Positions 54,567 to 63,908 of a stretch of DNA of 64,000 bases are shown piece by piece. The position numbers and the translations under genes were made by a program. Source of the stretch: a bacterium (GTDB lineage Bacteria > Patescibacteriota > Microgenomatia > Daviesbacterales > UBA10151). Location: contig JAJYNN010000002.1 of NCBI GenBank assembly GCA_021786315.1, positions 204,402 through 268,401 of the forward strand. The letters are read 5' to 3'. The notes beneath the pieces are model-generated. The model worked only from the letters and a program-made list of their open reading frames with translations. It was not told the origin of the DNA and did no database searches. Each line of letters opens with the position of its first letter. Positions within the stretch are counted from its first letter, which is position 1.

Positions 54567-54809
54567 ATGTTAGTTTGTAATCTTTGTCAAAAAGGTGTTC
54601 ATAAAGTTGCCTATTCCCGGCACAAAAAAGGTTCATCTGGTGCATCCCAGTGGCCTCTCCGTGCTCAAATTTACAAGAAAACCCAAAGACCAAACCTTCA
54701 TTCCTATAAAGGATTAAAGCTTTGTACCAAGTGTTTAAGAATGGTCAAGGCTGCTGAAAAAGCCAACAGACCTGTAGCCCCTAAAGCCCAGCCTCAAGCC
54801 GCCGCTTAA
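54567..54809 (+). CDS. rpmB: 50S ribosomal protein L28 (divergent zinc type)
   Basis: CNLCQKG...SRH...RPNLH...LCTKCLR. Confidence 0.8.
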   Translation: MLVCNLCQKGVHKVAYSRHKKGSSGASQWPLRAQIYKKTQRPNLHSYKGLKLCTKCLRMVKAAEKANRPVAPKAQPQAAA

Positions 54810-54839
54810 TTTTTTCTCTTTTTAAGATATAATACTCCC

Positions 54840-55400
54840 ATGATTGAAGCAGTTTTGCTTGATTTTGGTGGTGTTGTTTTTCGTAATAAAGAAGAGTATG
54901 AAGGGCCTAAGGGTCAACTACAAATTGATCCGGAGCTTTGGTACCAGGCTCGTTTGGGTCAAATTGACGATGATGTAGCCTTTACTTCTATTGGTAAAAA
55001 CTATGGCGTAGATTCTGCAACAGTTTTAAACTGGCTTCTTTCTAAAAGAGAACCAAACCAAGAGCTTTTGGATTTACTTGTTCAGCTTAGACCAGGTATT
55101 AAAACAGCAGTAATCAATAACGGGCTCAAATCTCTATTTCACGGTTTATTAGATAAATATAATCTTAAGAATCGATTTAATGTATTGGTTAATTCAGCTG
55201 AAGAAGGCGTTGAAAAGCCAAATCCAGAAATATTCTTAAGAACTTGTCGTAAGCTAGAAGTTGCACCAGAAGCATGCTTAATGGCTGATGATGACCAAAA
55301 ACTTTTGGAAGGTGTAGAAAACCTAGGGATTAAAACCATATTGTTTAGCGGCGTGTCGGACTTAAGAAAAATGTTTGAAGATTTAAACTTATTAGTTTAA
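54840..55400 (+). CDS. HAD-like hydrolase (subfamily IA)
   Basis: LLDFGGV, SAEEGVEKPNPEIF, MADD. Confidence 0.9.
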   Translation: MIEAVLLDFGGVVFRNKEEYEGPKGQLQIDPELWYQARLGQIDDDVAFTSIGKNYGVDSATVLNWLLSKREPNQELLDLLVQLRPGIKTAVINNGLKSLFHGLLDKYNLKNRFNVLVNSAEEGVEKPNPEIFLRTCRKLEVAPEACLMADDDQKLLEGVENLGIKTILFSGVSDLRKMFEDLNLLV

Positions 55401-56246
55401 ATTCTTAATAGGAAAATCAGGGTAACCCCGAAGAAAATCTGCTAACTTTGCAGGGTTTTTGCCTTCCATTTGGACCAATTCACCCGGGAAAAATTTTACA
55501 ATTTTTCCATTCCATTTGGTCCAGGCATTGGGCCAGGGATAATAGGCCCGGATCATCCGGTCCAATTTTTCCGGAGTTGGGGGATTCCCAATATCGAAAT
55601 ACCCGTCCTCTTTATTAATAATTTTTGTAAAAGTTGCCTCTTCTTCATTTTGGGGTTTTAAATCCACTTTCCCTGCAATAAACTGGGGAATAATATCAAC
55701 CAAAAGGGGAATTGTTTCCTGAGTCATTTTTGTGTTCAAAGATTCAAAAGTATCTGTATTTGATAAGCTAATCTCCTTTGTTGCAAGGACTGGACCGTGA
55801 TCTAGTTTGATATCCATTTGCATGATGGAGGTACCGGAGGTTTTATCACCGTTTAAAATGGCTGCCTGGATGGGAGAAGCCCCGCGGTACTTAGGTAAAA
55901 GTGAATAATGGATATTTATAACTCCAAATTTAGGAATATCTAAAACATTTTGGGGAATAATTTTCCCATAAGCCGCCACAATAAATAAATCAGCATTGAG
56001 CTTTTTTAGCTCCAGAGCAGCCTCATTGTCCAGTCTCTCAGGCTTGTGCAAGGTGACGCCTTGCGCCGCAAGGGGACGCCTTGCGTTCGTGGCGACGGCG
56101 GAGGGAGTTAATATTTGTTTACGGCCAATCTTTTGGTCGGGTCCCGTAACTATCCCAACAACCTGAAAATTTTCCTCCAAAGCTTCTAAAATGGGAACCA
56201 CGAAGGCTGGAGTTCCAAAAAACACGATTTTGATAGACTTATCCAT
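55392..56246 (-). CDS. fmt: Methionyl-tRNA formyltransferase
   Basis: FFGTPAF, VAAYGKIIP, INIHYSLLPKYRGASPIQ, LDHGP. Confidence 0.95.
   Translation of the reverse strand: MDKSIKIVFFGTPAFVVPILEALEENFQVVGIVTGPDQKIGRKQILTPSAVATNARRPLAAQGVTLHKPERLDNEAALELKKLNADLFIVAAYGKIIPQNVLDIPKFGVINIHYSLLPKYRGASPIQAAILNGDKTSGTSIMQMDIKLDHGPVLATKEISLSNTDTFESLNTKMTQETIPLLVDIIPQFIAGKVDLKPQNEEEATFTKIINKEDGYFDIGNPPTPEKLDRMIRAYYPWPNAWTKWNGKIVKFFPGELVQMEGKNPAKLADFLRGYPDFPIKNLN
56048..56085. repeat. Two tandem family A arms in frame in fmt
   Basis: GCAAGGTGACGCCTTGCG-cc-GCAAGGGGACGCCTTGCG; encodes ARRPLAAQGVTL. Confidence 0.75.
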
Positions 56247-56353
56247 AATTTTCAATTACCAAGTACCAATTTACAATTAATTTTTAATGATCCAATTTTC
56301 GAAATTTGAAAATTGTAAATTGACTAAAAATTGAAAATTGTAAATTGAAAATT
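56247..56353. repeat. Family C heptad array
   Basis: aattttcaattaccaagtaccaatttac...aaaattgaaaattgtaaattgaaaattg. Confidence 0.7.
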
Positions 56354-56354
56354 G

Positions 56355-56873
56355 TTATACTACCCTGACTTCCTCTAAAACATCTGCTCCGGCTTGGTCT
56401 TTCCCTGTAACCTTATACATCTTGCCTTTTTGTTGTAAAACGTGGTCCACGAACAAGGTTCCGTTTAAATGATCCACTTCGTGTTGGAATATCCAGGCCG
56501 TGGTTCCGGTTAAGGTTTTTTTAATGTAACGGCCTTGTTCATCTAAATATGAGGCTACAATGCTGGTTGACCTATTGGTTTCACCCCAAAATTGCGGGAT
56601 GGAAAGGCAGCCCTCAAAATACCTCTTCTGAATTTTAGATCTGGAGTGGATTTGGGGGTTAAAAAAAGCTTTAAATTTTTTCCCAACTTTGGCGATAAAA
56701 AACCTCTCGTTTCTGCCAATTTGGGTTGAGGCCAAACCGACACCCTCCGGGTCTTCAAAGGTTTTTGTCAGCTCGATCATTTCCTGGGCAATTTTTAACA
56801 GCTCAGGGGTAACCTTTTTTACAGGTTTGGTTTTGATACGTAATTTATTATCCGGCGCCTTCACTACTTGCAT
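56355..56873 (-). CDS. def: Peptide deformylase
   Basis: GVGLASTQIG, EGCLS, QHEVDHLNG. Confidence 0.96.
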   Translation of the reverse strand: MQVVKAPDNKLRIKTKPVKKVTPELLKIAQEMIELTKTFEDPEGVGLASTQIGRNERFFIAKVGKKFKAFFNPQIHSRSKIQKRYFEGCLSIPQFWGETNRSTSIVASYLDEQGRYIKKTLTGTTAWIFQHEVDHLNGTLFVDHVLQQKGKMYKVTGKDQAGADVLEEVRVV

Positions 56874-56929
56874 GCCTAAATTTTAACATAAATGATCTTA
56901 AAGGGAGTCTTTTTTAAGCTGGGTAAGTC

Positions 56930-57051
56930 GCCGCATAGGGCTACTTGGCTTCGCCAAGATCCTGTGTGGCATCTTTCTTGAGTTGACTGAGACGCCACAT
57001 AAGTCTACTTTGACTTCGTCAAAGATCTTGTGTGGAGGTTTCTCTGAGTTG
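56930..57051. repeat. Tandem pair of family E hairpins
   Basis: gccgcatagggCTACttggc-ttc-gccaaGATCctgtgtggc and gccacataagtCTACtttgac-ttc-gtcaaaGATCttgtgtgga. Confidence 0.75.
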
Positions 57052-57294
57052 TTTTAACCTCCACATGAACACTTTGGCCTTGGATTTGGCTGAGGTATAG
57101 CCTTTGGCATATGTTAGGGCCTGGTCCAAAAGGCCCCGGCTATATTGTTTAGCCAGCTTGATATAGAGGGAATAATGTTTGGTGTCACCTAATTCTTCCG
57201 CTAAATAAACTCCGTAAACCTGGAACTCCTGGGATAAATTCTTGGGGCGGTCAGGGTGTTTTTGCTGGTCGATGATCTGGCCTATACTCTTCAT
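57019..57294 (-). CDS. Hypothetical small helical protein
   Basis: QEFQVYGVYLAEELGDTKHYSLYIKLAK...KAKVFMWRL. Confidence 0.75.
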   Translation of the reverse strand: MKSIGQIIDQQKHPDRPKNLSQEFQVYGVYLAEELGDTKHYSLYIKLAKQYSRGLLDQALTYAKGYTSAKSKAKVFMWRLKQLRETSTQDL

Positions 57295-57302
57295 GTTTTT
57301 TC

Positions 57303-57315
57303 AAGGTGTCACCTT
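57303..57315. repeat. Collapsed family A core
   Basis: AAGGTG-T-CACCTT followed by the atgaatt flank seen after other copies. Confidence 0.55.
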
Positions 57316-57323
57316 ATGAATTG

Positions 57324-59495
57324 CTATTTATTTTCCCATTCTTTAATCTTGCTCAAGGCATCAGGATCGTTCGGAATGAATTTTAAGATTCCCTGCATGG
57401 CCTCTATAGCCTTATCATATTGCTTATCCGAAGCATAGATGAGCCCCAAAGAATAATAGGCCTCTTTATAATTTGGCTTCAATTTAATTGTCCTTTCCAT
57501 TTCAGCTATGGCTTCCTGGTTTTTGCCCATTTGGCTCAAAATTATGGCTTTATTGTAAGTCAATTTGGGATCTGTGGGAGCCAGAAGGATAGCCAAATCC
57601 AAAGCATCCAGGGTTTTTTGGGTGTAAGCCTTGTCTATTGTCGCAAGCATGTAATAGGTTCTGACGGCGCTTCTGACATAAGAAACATTCCTGGGGCTAT
57701 CCTTTAAGGCTAGATTGGTTTCGAATACCGCTTCTTCTTTAAGGAGCGCAGAACGGGTAGCATCCTCACTTTCCAGTGCCGCGGCTGCCCCGGCCGCCGC
57801 ATAGCCCAATTCACTGTGGTAATAAGGCTCACCGGGGTTTAATGAGACCGCCGCAATCAACTCGTTGTATGCCTTTCCGGGGTTGGTGTCGGAATACTTT
57901 TGGCTGGTGGCAAAGTCGGTATCGGCTAGGTAGTAACGTCCTAAAGTGATAAGTATTAATCCTGCCATAATTCCTACAACCCAGGAGGCGAATTTGGGAT
58001 AAAAGGGTCTTTTGTAGAGATTTAAGAATATGGATTGGAGCGAAGCTCGCGCTGACGCACTAGGATTTAGGAGCTTAGGAAAAGCGAGAGGTTTTGTTGA
58101 ATCGGTGGCGGTAAAGGCAATGGCTGGAAAAAGATAGAAAAAGAGGGCAATGATTACCACAGAAAAGCCAAAAATATTTTGGATGAGGTAGGAAATGTAG
58201 GAAGCAAGAAGTGCCGGGATAAGTAGTATGTAGTATGTAGTATGGGTATTTTTGTTTTTCCCCTTAATACTTAATACATATCCCTTAATACACCATATTA
58301 CGAATGTAATAATGATGGCCATGTAACTGGTAAAGCCAATTATTCCGGTTGTTGCTAGGTAATTAAGGAATTCATTGTGGGCTTTGTTATAAAGAAAATC
58401 CCATTCAGAGACTAGGTTGTGTTCAACCGGCCTGAAGTTGTAGTAGGAATAGGCAAAGGTTTCAACTCCGGAGCCAAAAATTGGGTAATGTTTAAAGATA
58501 TCAATTGCCCCTTTCCAGACAATCAGCCTGATGGTTCCCGATTCGGTGCCGCCGTTTTCCAGCTGGGTTCCGGAGGGTTTGGGGGCATTGATCACTGAAG
58601 CCAAAGATGGCCGGGAAGCCGGGGCAAATTTGGACAACAGTTTAAAGTCGGTTAAAGCAGAGCCAAAGATTAAATTGACACCAATAATGATACCTAAAAT
58701 TGTCATCCCTGGCTTGACCAGGGACCCAGCTAATTTGGATCCCTGTTTGCGCAGGAATGATAGGAAATAAGTGAGTCCTACGATAGCCAACCCCCCCAAA
58801 AGTCCTAGTGTGGCCCCCCGGGAATAGGTAAAGGTGAAGGCGAGGTAAAAAAGAATTAAGAATGTAGAATTAAGAATCATGAATGATCTTTTGGTGGAAG
58901 AAAGAAGGAAATAGATGGCGGGAAAGATTAACATTGCCAAATAGGCTGCCAGCCAGTTGGGCTGGCCTAACGTGGCAAAGACCCTAGCCTGGACATCCTG
59001 CACCCAGCAGGCATCATTGAAAGATCCGGTTAAGAATAAACAGGAAGGGGAGGCGCCAAAGTGTTCTGGGATGGCATATAAAGCTACAACTACCCCGCCG
59101 TAAACTGCCCATTTCAGGAAACTTAAAACCTGTCCCTTGGTAAAGTTGGAAACTAGCGCGTAGTACAAAAGGATGTAGGAAATAGTAGATAAAAGCCCGC
59201 CATTTGACCTGGAATAATAACCCCAAATGGAGGTATGGCGGTCAATGGAAAAAATGGTGGAAAGAATATTGGCCAGAAGGAAAAGCATTAAAGGAATATC
59301 CAAAGGCGTGCCCTGGAGGTTAAATTTTTTGGTTTGGATCATTTTGATAAGCCAGGAGGCGGTAATAATGATGGTGAGGAAATAAACCAGCATCATCTTG
59401 TTGTATTCAAAAAGTTCAAAGTTCCACGGAGCCCAAACAAGCGGGGTCAGGAAAAATAATATATAGAAGGAGTAAACAAGAATTGTATTAAGCAT
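57324..59495 (-). CDS. O-antigen ligase/oligosaccharyltransferase-like membrane protein with C-terminal TPRs
   Basis: RVFATLGQPNWLAAYL, TYSRGA, RLIVWKGA, GSGVETF, KAHNEFL; TPR tail. Confidence 0.9.
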   Translation of the reverse strand: MLNTILVYSFYILFFLTPLVWAPWNFELFEYNKMMLVYFLTIIITASWLIKMIQTKKFNLQGTPLDIPLMLFLLANILSTIFSIDRHTSIWGYYSRSNGGLLSTISYILLYYALVSNFTKGQVLSFLKWAVYGGVVVALYAIPEHFGASPSCLFLTGSFNDACWVQDVQARVFATLGQPNWLAAYLAMLIFPAIYFLLSSTKRSFMILNSTFLILFYLAFTFTYSRGATLGLLGGLAIVGLTYFLSFLRKQGSKLAGSLVKPGMTILGIIIGVNLIFGSALTDFKLLSKFAPASRPSLASVINAPKPSGTQLENGGTESGTIRLIVWKGAIDIFKHYPIFGSGVETFAYSYYNFRPVEHNLVSEWDFLYNKAHNEFLNYLATTGIIGFTSYMAIIITFVIWCIKGYVLSIKGKNKNTHTTYYILLIPALLASYISYLIQNIFGFSVVIIALFFYLFPAIAFTATDSTKPLAFPKLLNPSASARASLQSIFLNLYKRPFYPKFASWVVGIMAGLILITLGRYYLADTDFATSQKYSDTNPGKAYNELIAAVSLNPGEPYYHSELGYAAAGAAAALESEDATRSALLKEEAVFETNLALKDSPRNVSYVRSAVRTYYMLATIDKAYTQKTLDALDLAILLAPTDPKLTYNKAIILSQMGKNQEAIAEMERTIKLKPNYKEAYYSLGLIYASDKQYDKAIEAMQGILKFIPNDPDALSKIKEWENK
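58702..58761. repeat. Family B element in frame in O-antigen ligase gene
   Basis: GTCATCCCTGGcttgaCCAGGGAccc...ggatCCCTGtttgcgCAGGAATGA; encodes SFLRKQGSKLAGSLVKPGMT. Confidence 0.75.
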
Positions 59496-59502
59496 TTTTT
59501 AC

Positions 59503-59538
59503 AAGGTGACGCCTTGACGTACGTTAAGGCGTCACCTT
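59503..59538. repeat. Family A palindrome
   Basis: Identical to 24735-24770. Confidence 0.9.
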
Positions 59539-59614
59539 AAGAAACGCCAACGACTGTCAACATACTACCAAAACTCCTTGTGAATTAGAAGCCTCTCTGG
59601 TACACTCAACTCAC

Positions 59615-60682
59615 ATGTTTGACAAGTTCTGGGGCCTCCTCTCACACGATATTGGTATAGATTTGGGTACAGTAAATACTCTGGTTTTAGTCAAGGGCAA
59701 AGGGATTGCTATCCGTGAACCGTCAGTGGTGGCAATACATAAAAAAAGTAAACAAGTTTTGGCTATCGGCACCGAGGCCAAAAGGATGTTGGGCCGGACA
59801 CCGCTCGCGATTGAGGCAGTGAGGCCTTTGCGTGATGGGGTAATCTCCGATTTTGATACTACTGAAGCGATGCTCCGCCACTTCATCCAAAAGATCCACC
59901 AAACCCCTTCAAATGGCCTTAAGGGCGGATTTAAGTTGCCCAAACTTCCCCGCCCAAGGGTGGTGGTGGGAATTCCTTCCGGAGTGACGGAAGTGGAAAG
60001 GCGGGCGGTGCAGGATGCGGCTTTGACCGCAGGCGCCCGGGCCTGTTACTTAATTGAGGAACCGATGGCGGCGGCAATTGGGGCGGGGCTCCCGATTGAG
60101 GAACCGGAGGGAAACATGATTGTGGATATTGGCGGGGGAACCACGGAGATTGCCGTTATCTCCTTGGGCGGGGCAGTTATTATCCGCTCGCTCCGGGTTG
60201 CCGGTGATGAGTTGGACCAGGACATTATTAATTACTTAAAAATGCGCTACGGCTTATTGATTGGGGAAAAAACTGCTGAAAATATCAAGATTGAAATTGG
60301 CTCGGCTTCCCCTTTAAAAACGGAAAAAGAAACTGTTGTCCGCGGACGTGACCTTTCTACAGGCTTACCGAAGTCCATTAAAATTTCCTCAGAGGAAATC
60401 CGGGAAGCCTTAATGGGGACAATCAACCAGATTATTTCGGCCATTGCCGAGGTCTTGGAGGAAACCCCGCCGGAACTTTTGTCCGATATTTTGGAAAGAG
60501 GAATTGTCATTACTGGCGGCGGGTCTTTAATCCGGGGTTTGGATAAAAAGATTGCCGAAGAAACAAAGATGCCGGTTTATGTGGCGGATGACCCTTTAAC
60601 TACAGTTGTCCGCGGCTGCGGCCGGGTTTTGGAAGACCTTGATCTTCTCTCCAAAGTTAAAGTTACAGGTGGACTTCGCTAA
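59615..60682 (+). CDS. mreB: Rod shape-determining actin MreB (paralog 2, mreBCD locus)
   Basis: DIGIDLGTVNT, RPLRDGVISDF, VDIGGGTTEIAVIS. Confidence 0.95.
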   Translation: MFDKFWGLLSHDIGIDLGTVNTLVLVKGKGIAIREPSVVAIHKKSKQVLAIGTEAKRMLGRTPLAIEAVRPLRDGVISDFDTTEAMLRHFIQKIHQTPSNGLKGGFKLPKLPRPRVVVGIPSGVTEVERRAVQDAALTAGARACYLIEEPMAAAIGAGLPIEEPEGNMIVDIGGGTTEIAVISLGGAVIIRSLRVAGDELDQDIINYLKMRYGLLIGEKTAENIKIEIGSASPLKTEKETVVRGRDLSTGLPKSIKISSEEIREALMGTINQIISAIAEVLEETPPELLSDILERGIVITGGGSLIRGLDKKIAEETKMPVYVADDPLTTVVRGCGRVLEDLDLLSKVKVTGGLR

Positions 60683-60688
60683 GGTATA

Positions 60689-61465
60689 TTATCCGGAGAA
60701 CTGGTCCTGGCGTAGGGATTCTAATGCACTATCGTATTGTTCCTGGGAAATGCAAATTTCTTGTGGAGCTTGGTTCAGATAATAATCCAGAGCTTCTTCA
60801 ACATTACACCAGGCAAAAACCTTGTAGCCAGCTTTGGCTAACCGGGCGACTCCTCCCTGTTGCCTGTCAATGACTACCAGCAGCCGGGGTTCAAATCCCA
60901 AGCGTTTAGCGGCTCCAAAAGCTGGTAAAGCACTAGTACCTTTGGAGAGAACATCATCAATTAGAACTAAGGGTTCCCCGTGGCCTTGGGGAGCATTGTC
61001 TGCCTCTACGATGGTCGTGCCACCGTCCTTCTCGATTTTTTGGAAGAGATCAAGATAAGTGACCCCAGGAGCGTATTCAGCATAAACGGAAGCAATTTTA
61101 CCTCCGGTGGTAGGAATCCCGGCACAATATTGGGGTTGAACATCTAAAGGCACCCTAGCTAAAACTATCCCCATAGCCTTAAGGAGATTATCATTGGGGC
61201 TGCGGAAGTCCCAGTAAATCCCTGAAGGGGGTTTTAACTCCCTTCCTTCCCTCCAGTCCACCTCATGGCTGACCAGATAAAACTCGTTTGGTTCCTTTGG
61301 AAAATTTAAAACAGCGCCGTCTCTGTGAGCAATATAAAAAGGATTTTCGCTTCTGGGAGTTGTGGCAGGGTCTTTAACTAATTGCCGCGACTTAATTTCT
61401 TTGGGCTCAGTACGCAGAACCCGGAATAGGTTAGCTTCGTCTGGACTAAATTTTCTTTCTGCCAT
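60689..61465 (-). CDS. pyrE: Orotate phosphoribosyltransferase (divergent)
   Basis: SGIYWDFR, VLIDDVLSKGTS (PRPP loop), VVIDRQQGG; follows pyrF. Confidence 0.8.
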   Translation of the reverse strand: MAERKFSPDEANLFRVLRTEPKEIKSRQLVKDPATTPRSENPFYIAHRDGAVLNFPKEPNEFYLVSHEVDWREGRELKPPSGIYWDFRSPNDNLLKAMGIVLARVPLDVQPQYCAGIPTTGGKIASVYAEYAPGVTYLDLFQKIEKDGGTTIVEADNAPQGHGEPLVLIDDVLSKGTSALPAFGAAKRLGFEPRLLVVIDRQQGGVARLAKAGYKVFAWCNVEEALDYYLNQAPQEICISQEQYDSALESLRQDQFSG

Positions 61466-61467
61466 GT

Positions 61468-62529
61468 TTATGCTGCCTTTAATGATCGTATTTGTTCGTG
61501 TAATTTCATCGCCTCTCTTTGCGCTGCTAGTGCGAAGTCGATTCCTTTGGAAGCAAATATGATTCCACTGGAACTGTTAATCACAATATTGTCACCAGCA
61601 AACTTTAAAGTAGCCTCCAAATCTCCACCTTGTTTGCCGATTCCTGGAATCAGGAACAGTAAATTGGGGGCGAGTAATCGAACGGGTTTGAAGGCTTCTG
61701 GATGGGTGGCTCCAACAACCAGGCCAAAGGTCATCTCTGGATGTTTAGCTGCTAATGTAGCGGTTCTTAAAGCTATAACCTGATACATTGGCAATAACTT
61801 GCTGTCCGGCCGATGTTTTTCTAAGAACTGCTTTTGATCGTCAGTTAACTTCTCTTCCTTATTCATCTCTTCAACTAATGTTTCGGAGTAGTGTTCTCTG
61901 GCTGCCATCTGAGCTAAGTCCATCTCGTCATTGGTCATTGGAGAACCTTTTAAGATTTGTTCCCGTTGATACTGATAGATGTCTATTGGGGCATCCTGGT
62001 ATAAAGCGGCACCGGGGTTAGTTGTTTTACAAAGCACGATAATTCCTTTTCCGGGATACTTATAAAACGGGTCATAGGTATCATGCCCGAAGTAAGGATT
62101 TACTGTGATAGCATCAAACCCATATCTGTCGAAAGCCATCTCTGCATACCCTTTGTTTGTATTTCCAATATCCGCTCGCTTGACATCTCCAATAATTGGA
62201 ATGTGGGGGTATTCGTTATTCACATACCAGATGGTATTACTTAACGCTTCCTCTCCCGCATCGCTATGTTCATAAAAAGCGATGTTAGGTTTAATAGCGC
62301 AGGCGTAATGATGAGTGGTGTCGGTAATTGGCTTTAAAAAGTCGTAATAAACACAAGTTCGCTGATAGTGTGCTTCGGGGTCTAGTTGGCGAGGGTTATC
62401 GGGAACTGTTCCCCGAACATGGGTAAATCTTTCAGGAAGTTTATCAAGGTCAGGATCATAACCAATACAAACTAGTTTCCCATCTGCTTGATTTCTACTA
62501 ATTAACTCGCCAAAGATTCTTTCAGCCAT
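61468..62529 (-). CDS. pyrF: Orotidine-5'-phosphate decarboxylase (subfamily 2)
   Basis: CIGYDP, KPNIAFYE, DVKRADIGNT, TVNPYFG, GLVVGAT, PGIGKQGG. Confidence 0.92.
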   Translation of the reverse strand: MAERIFGELISRNQADGKLVCIGYDPDLDKLPERFTHVRGTVPDNPRQLDPEAHYQRTCVYYDFLKPITDTTHHYACAIKPNIAFYEHSDAGEEALSNTIWYVNNEYPHIPIIGDVKRADIGNTNKGYAEMAFDRYGFDAITVNPYFGHDTYDPFYKYPGKGIIVLCKTTNPGAALYQDAPIDIYQYQREQILKGSPMTNDEMDLAQMAAREHYSETLVEEMNKEEKLTDDQKQFLEKHRPDSKLLPMYQVIALRTATLAAKHPEMTFGLVVGATHPEAFKPVRLLAPNLLFLIPGIGKQGGDLEATLKFAGDNIVINSSSGIIFASKGIDFALAAQREAMKLHEQIRSLKAA

Positions 62530-62670
62530 ATACTAAAGGACAGATTGTTATGACAATAAACTAAGTTATTGACCACTGTCAATACCCTCATTTATAACTA
62601 TTGGGATATCTTGCCAAAAGAATGTAATTTAGCCTGTGATGTAGCCTGCTAATATGATATATTAGCCCTT

Positions 62671-63462
62671 GTGAAAGACCTCTTTTTGGAACTTCGTATT
62701 CTCCTGGTTTTAAGTTTTATTTCCTTGTTTTTAGTTTTTATAGATGGCTTGGGATTTTTAAAATTGCCCAAAATAATTTTACAAACCGTGACTATTCCTA
62801 TCCAGTATGGGGTTTATAAATCGGGAGAGACTTTGGGTTCTCAAGTTGGGTTTATCTTTTTGGCCAGGAAAGCTTCTTTGGAAAATAAGGCCTTAAGGTT
62901 ACAAATGGGACAAATCCTTTCCGAAAATTCAGAGCTGCAAAAAAAGCTAAAAGAGACTGAAGGGATTGTTGATACCTACAATAAACTAAGCCCGCAAACT
63001 TATGACATGCAACCGGCCAGGATTTTGGGGGAAAACAGGTATCTATTAATTGATAAAGGGGATTCAGACGGAATAAAGGTTGGCCAAGCCGTGGTTTACA
63101 AAGACAGCTACGTTGGTCAAATTAAATCCGTCAGTGCCAAAACTTCCCAAATCTTATTGTCCACGGACCCCGATTCAAAAATTGCCGTTTTTTCCCAGCG
63201 AGAGGACGGCAAGGCCAAGGGAATTTTAGAAGGTCAATTTGGTTCCAAACTTTTGATGGATAAAATCCTGCACCAAGAAACTATCAGTGTCGGGGATTTG
63301 GTTTATTCCGAAGGAACTGAGGGAAAACTGCCCCGGGGGCTGTTGATGGGAAAAGTTGCCCAGGTTGATGAAAGACAAAATGAAGTTTTTAAACAAGCCA
63401 AAGTCGAACCGCTATTTTTATTTAGTGATTTGGATATAGTTTTCGTTATCAGGAGCTCATAA
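62671..63462 (+). CDS. mreC: Rod shape-determining protein MreC
   Basis: TM + coiled coil; LIDKGDSDGIKVGQAV, GKLPRGLLMGKV, FKQAKVEP. Confidence 0.9.
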   Translation: MKDLFLELRILLVLSFISLFLVFIDGLGFLKLPKIILQTVTIPIQYGVYKSGETLGSQVGFIFLARKASLENKALRLQMGQILSENSELQKKLKETEGIVDTYNKLSPQTYDMQPARILGENRYLLIDKGDSDGIKVGQAVVYKDSYVGQIKSVSAKTSQILLSTDPDSKIAVFSQREDGKAKGILEGQFGSKLLMDKILHQETISVGDLVYSEGTEGKLPRGLLMGKVAQVDERQNEVFKQAKVEPLFLFSDLDIVFVIRSS

Positions 63463-63464
63463 AG

Positions 63465-63908
63465 ATGATACTCTTTGTTTTAATTTTGGCCACATTTATA
63501 CAAGCTTCGTTTTTACCGATTAATATTTTACTGCTGGTGTTAATTGCCAGAAGTTTTATCACCCATGACCAAAAGAATTTCTATTTGGCTTTTTCCTTCG
63601 GCCTTTTGCTTTCATTATTATTAGGCAAGCCTTTGGGAAGCCTAAGTTTTATTTATTTGATACTTCTCACTTCAGTCCGTTTTATTAAAAGGACACCGCT
63701 TGCCTCCCGGTGGATTGTCATTTTACCCTTGGGGTTTATTCTGCTTTTGGCTGACCGTTTGATTGAGGGGTTAATTTTTAAATCAAGTTTAAACACCGGG
63801 GCCCTAATTGTTGAAACAGTATTAATTTTGCCTGTCTATTTTGTGGTTAGGTTTTGGGAAGAACGGTTTGTGCCAAGGAAAGAAATAAGATTGAAGATAG
63901 GAAAGTAA
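63465..63908 (+). CDS. mreD: MreD-like membrane protein
   Basis: Multi-TM, AFSFGLLL..LLG.PLG; directly after mreC. Confidence 0.65.
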   Translation: MILFVLILATFIQASFLPINILLLVLIARSFITHDQKNFYLAFSFGLLLSLLLGKPLGSLSFIYLILLTSVRFIKRTPLASRWIVILPLGFILLLADRLIEGLIFKSSLNTGALIVETVLILPVYFVVRFWEERFVPRKEIRLKIGK

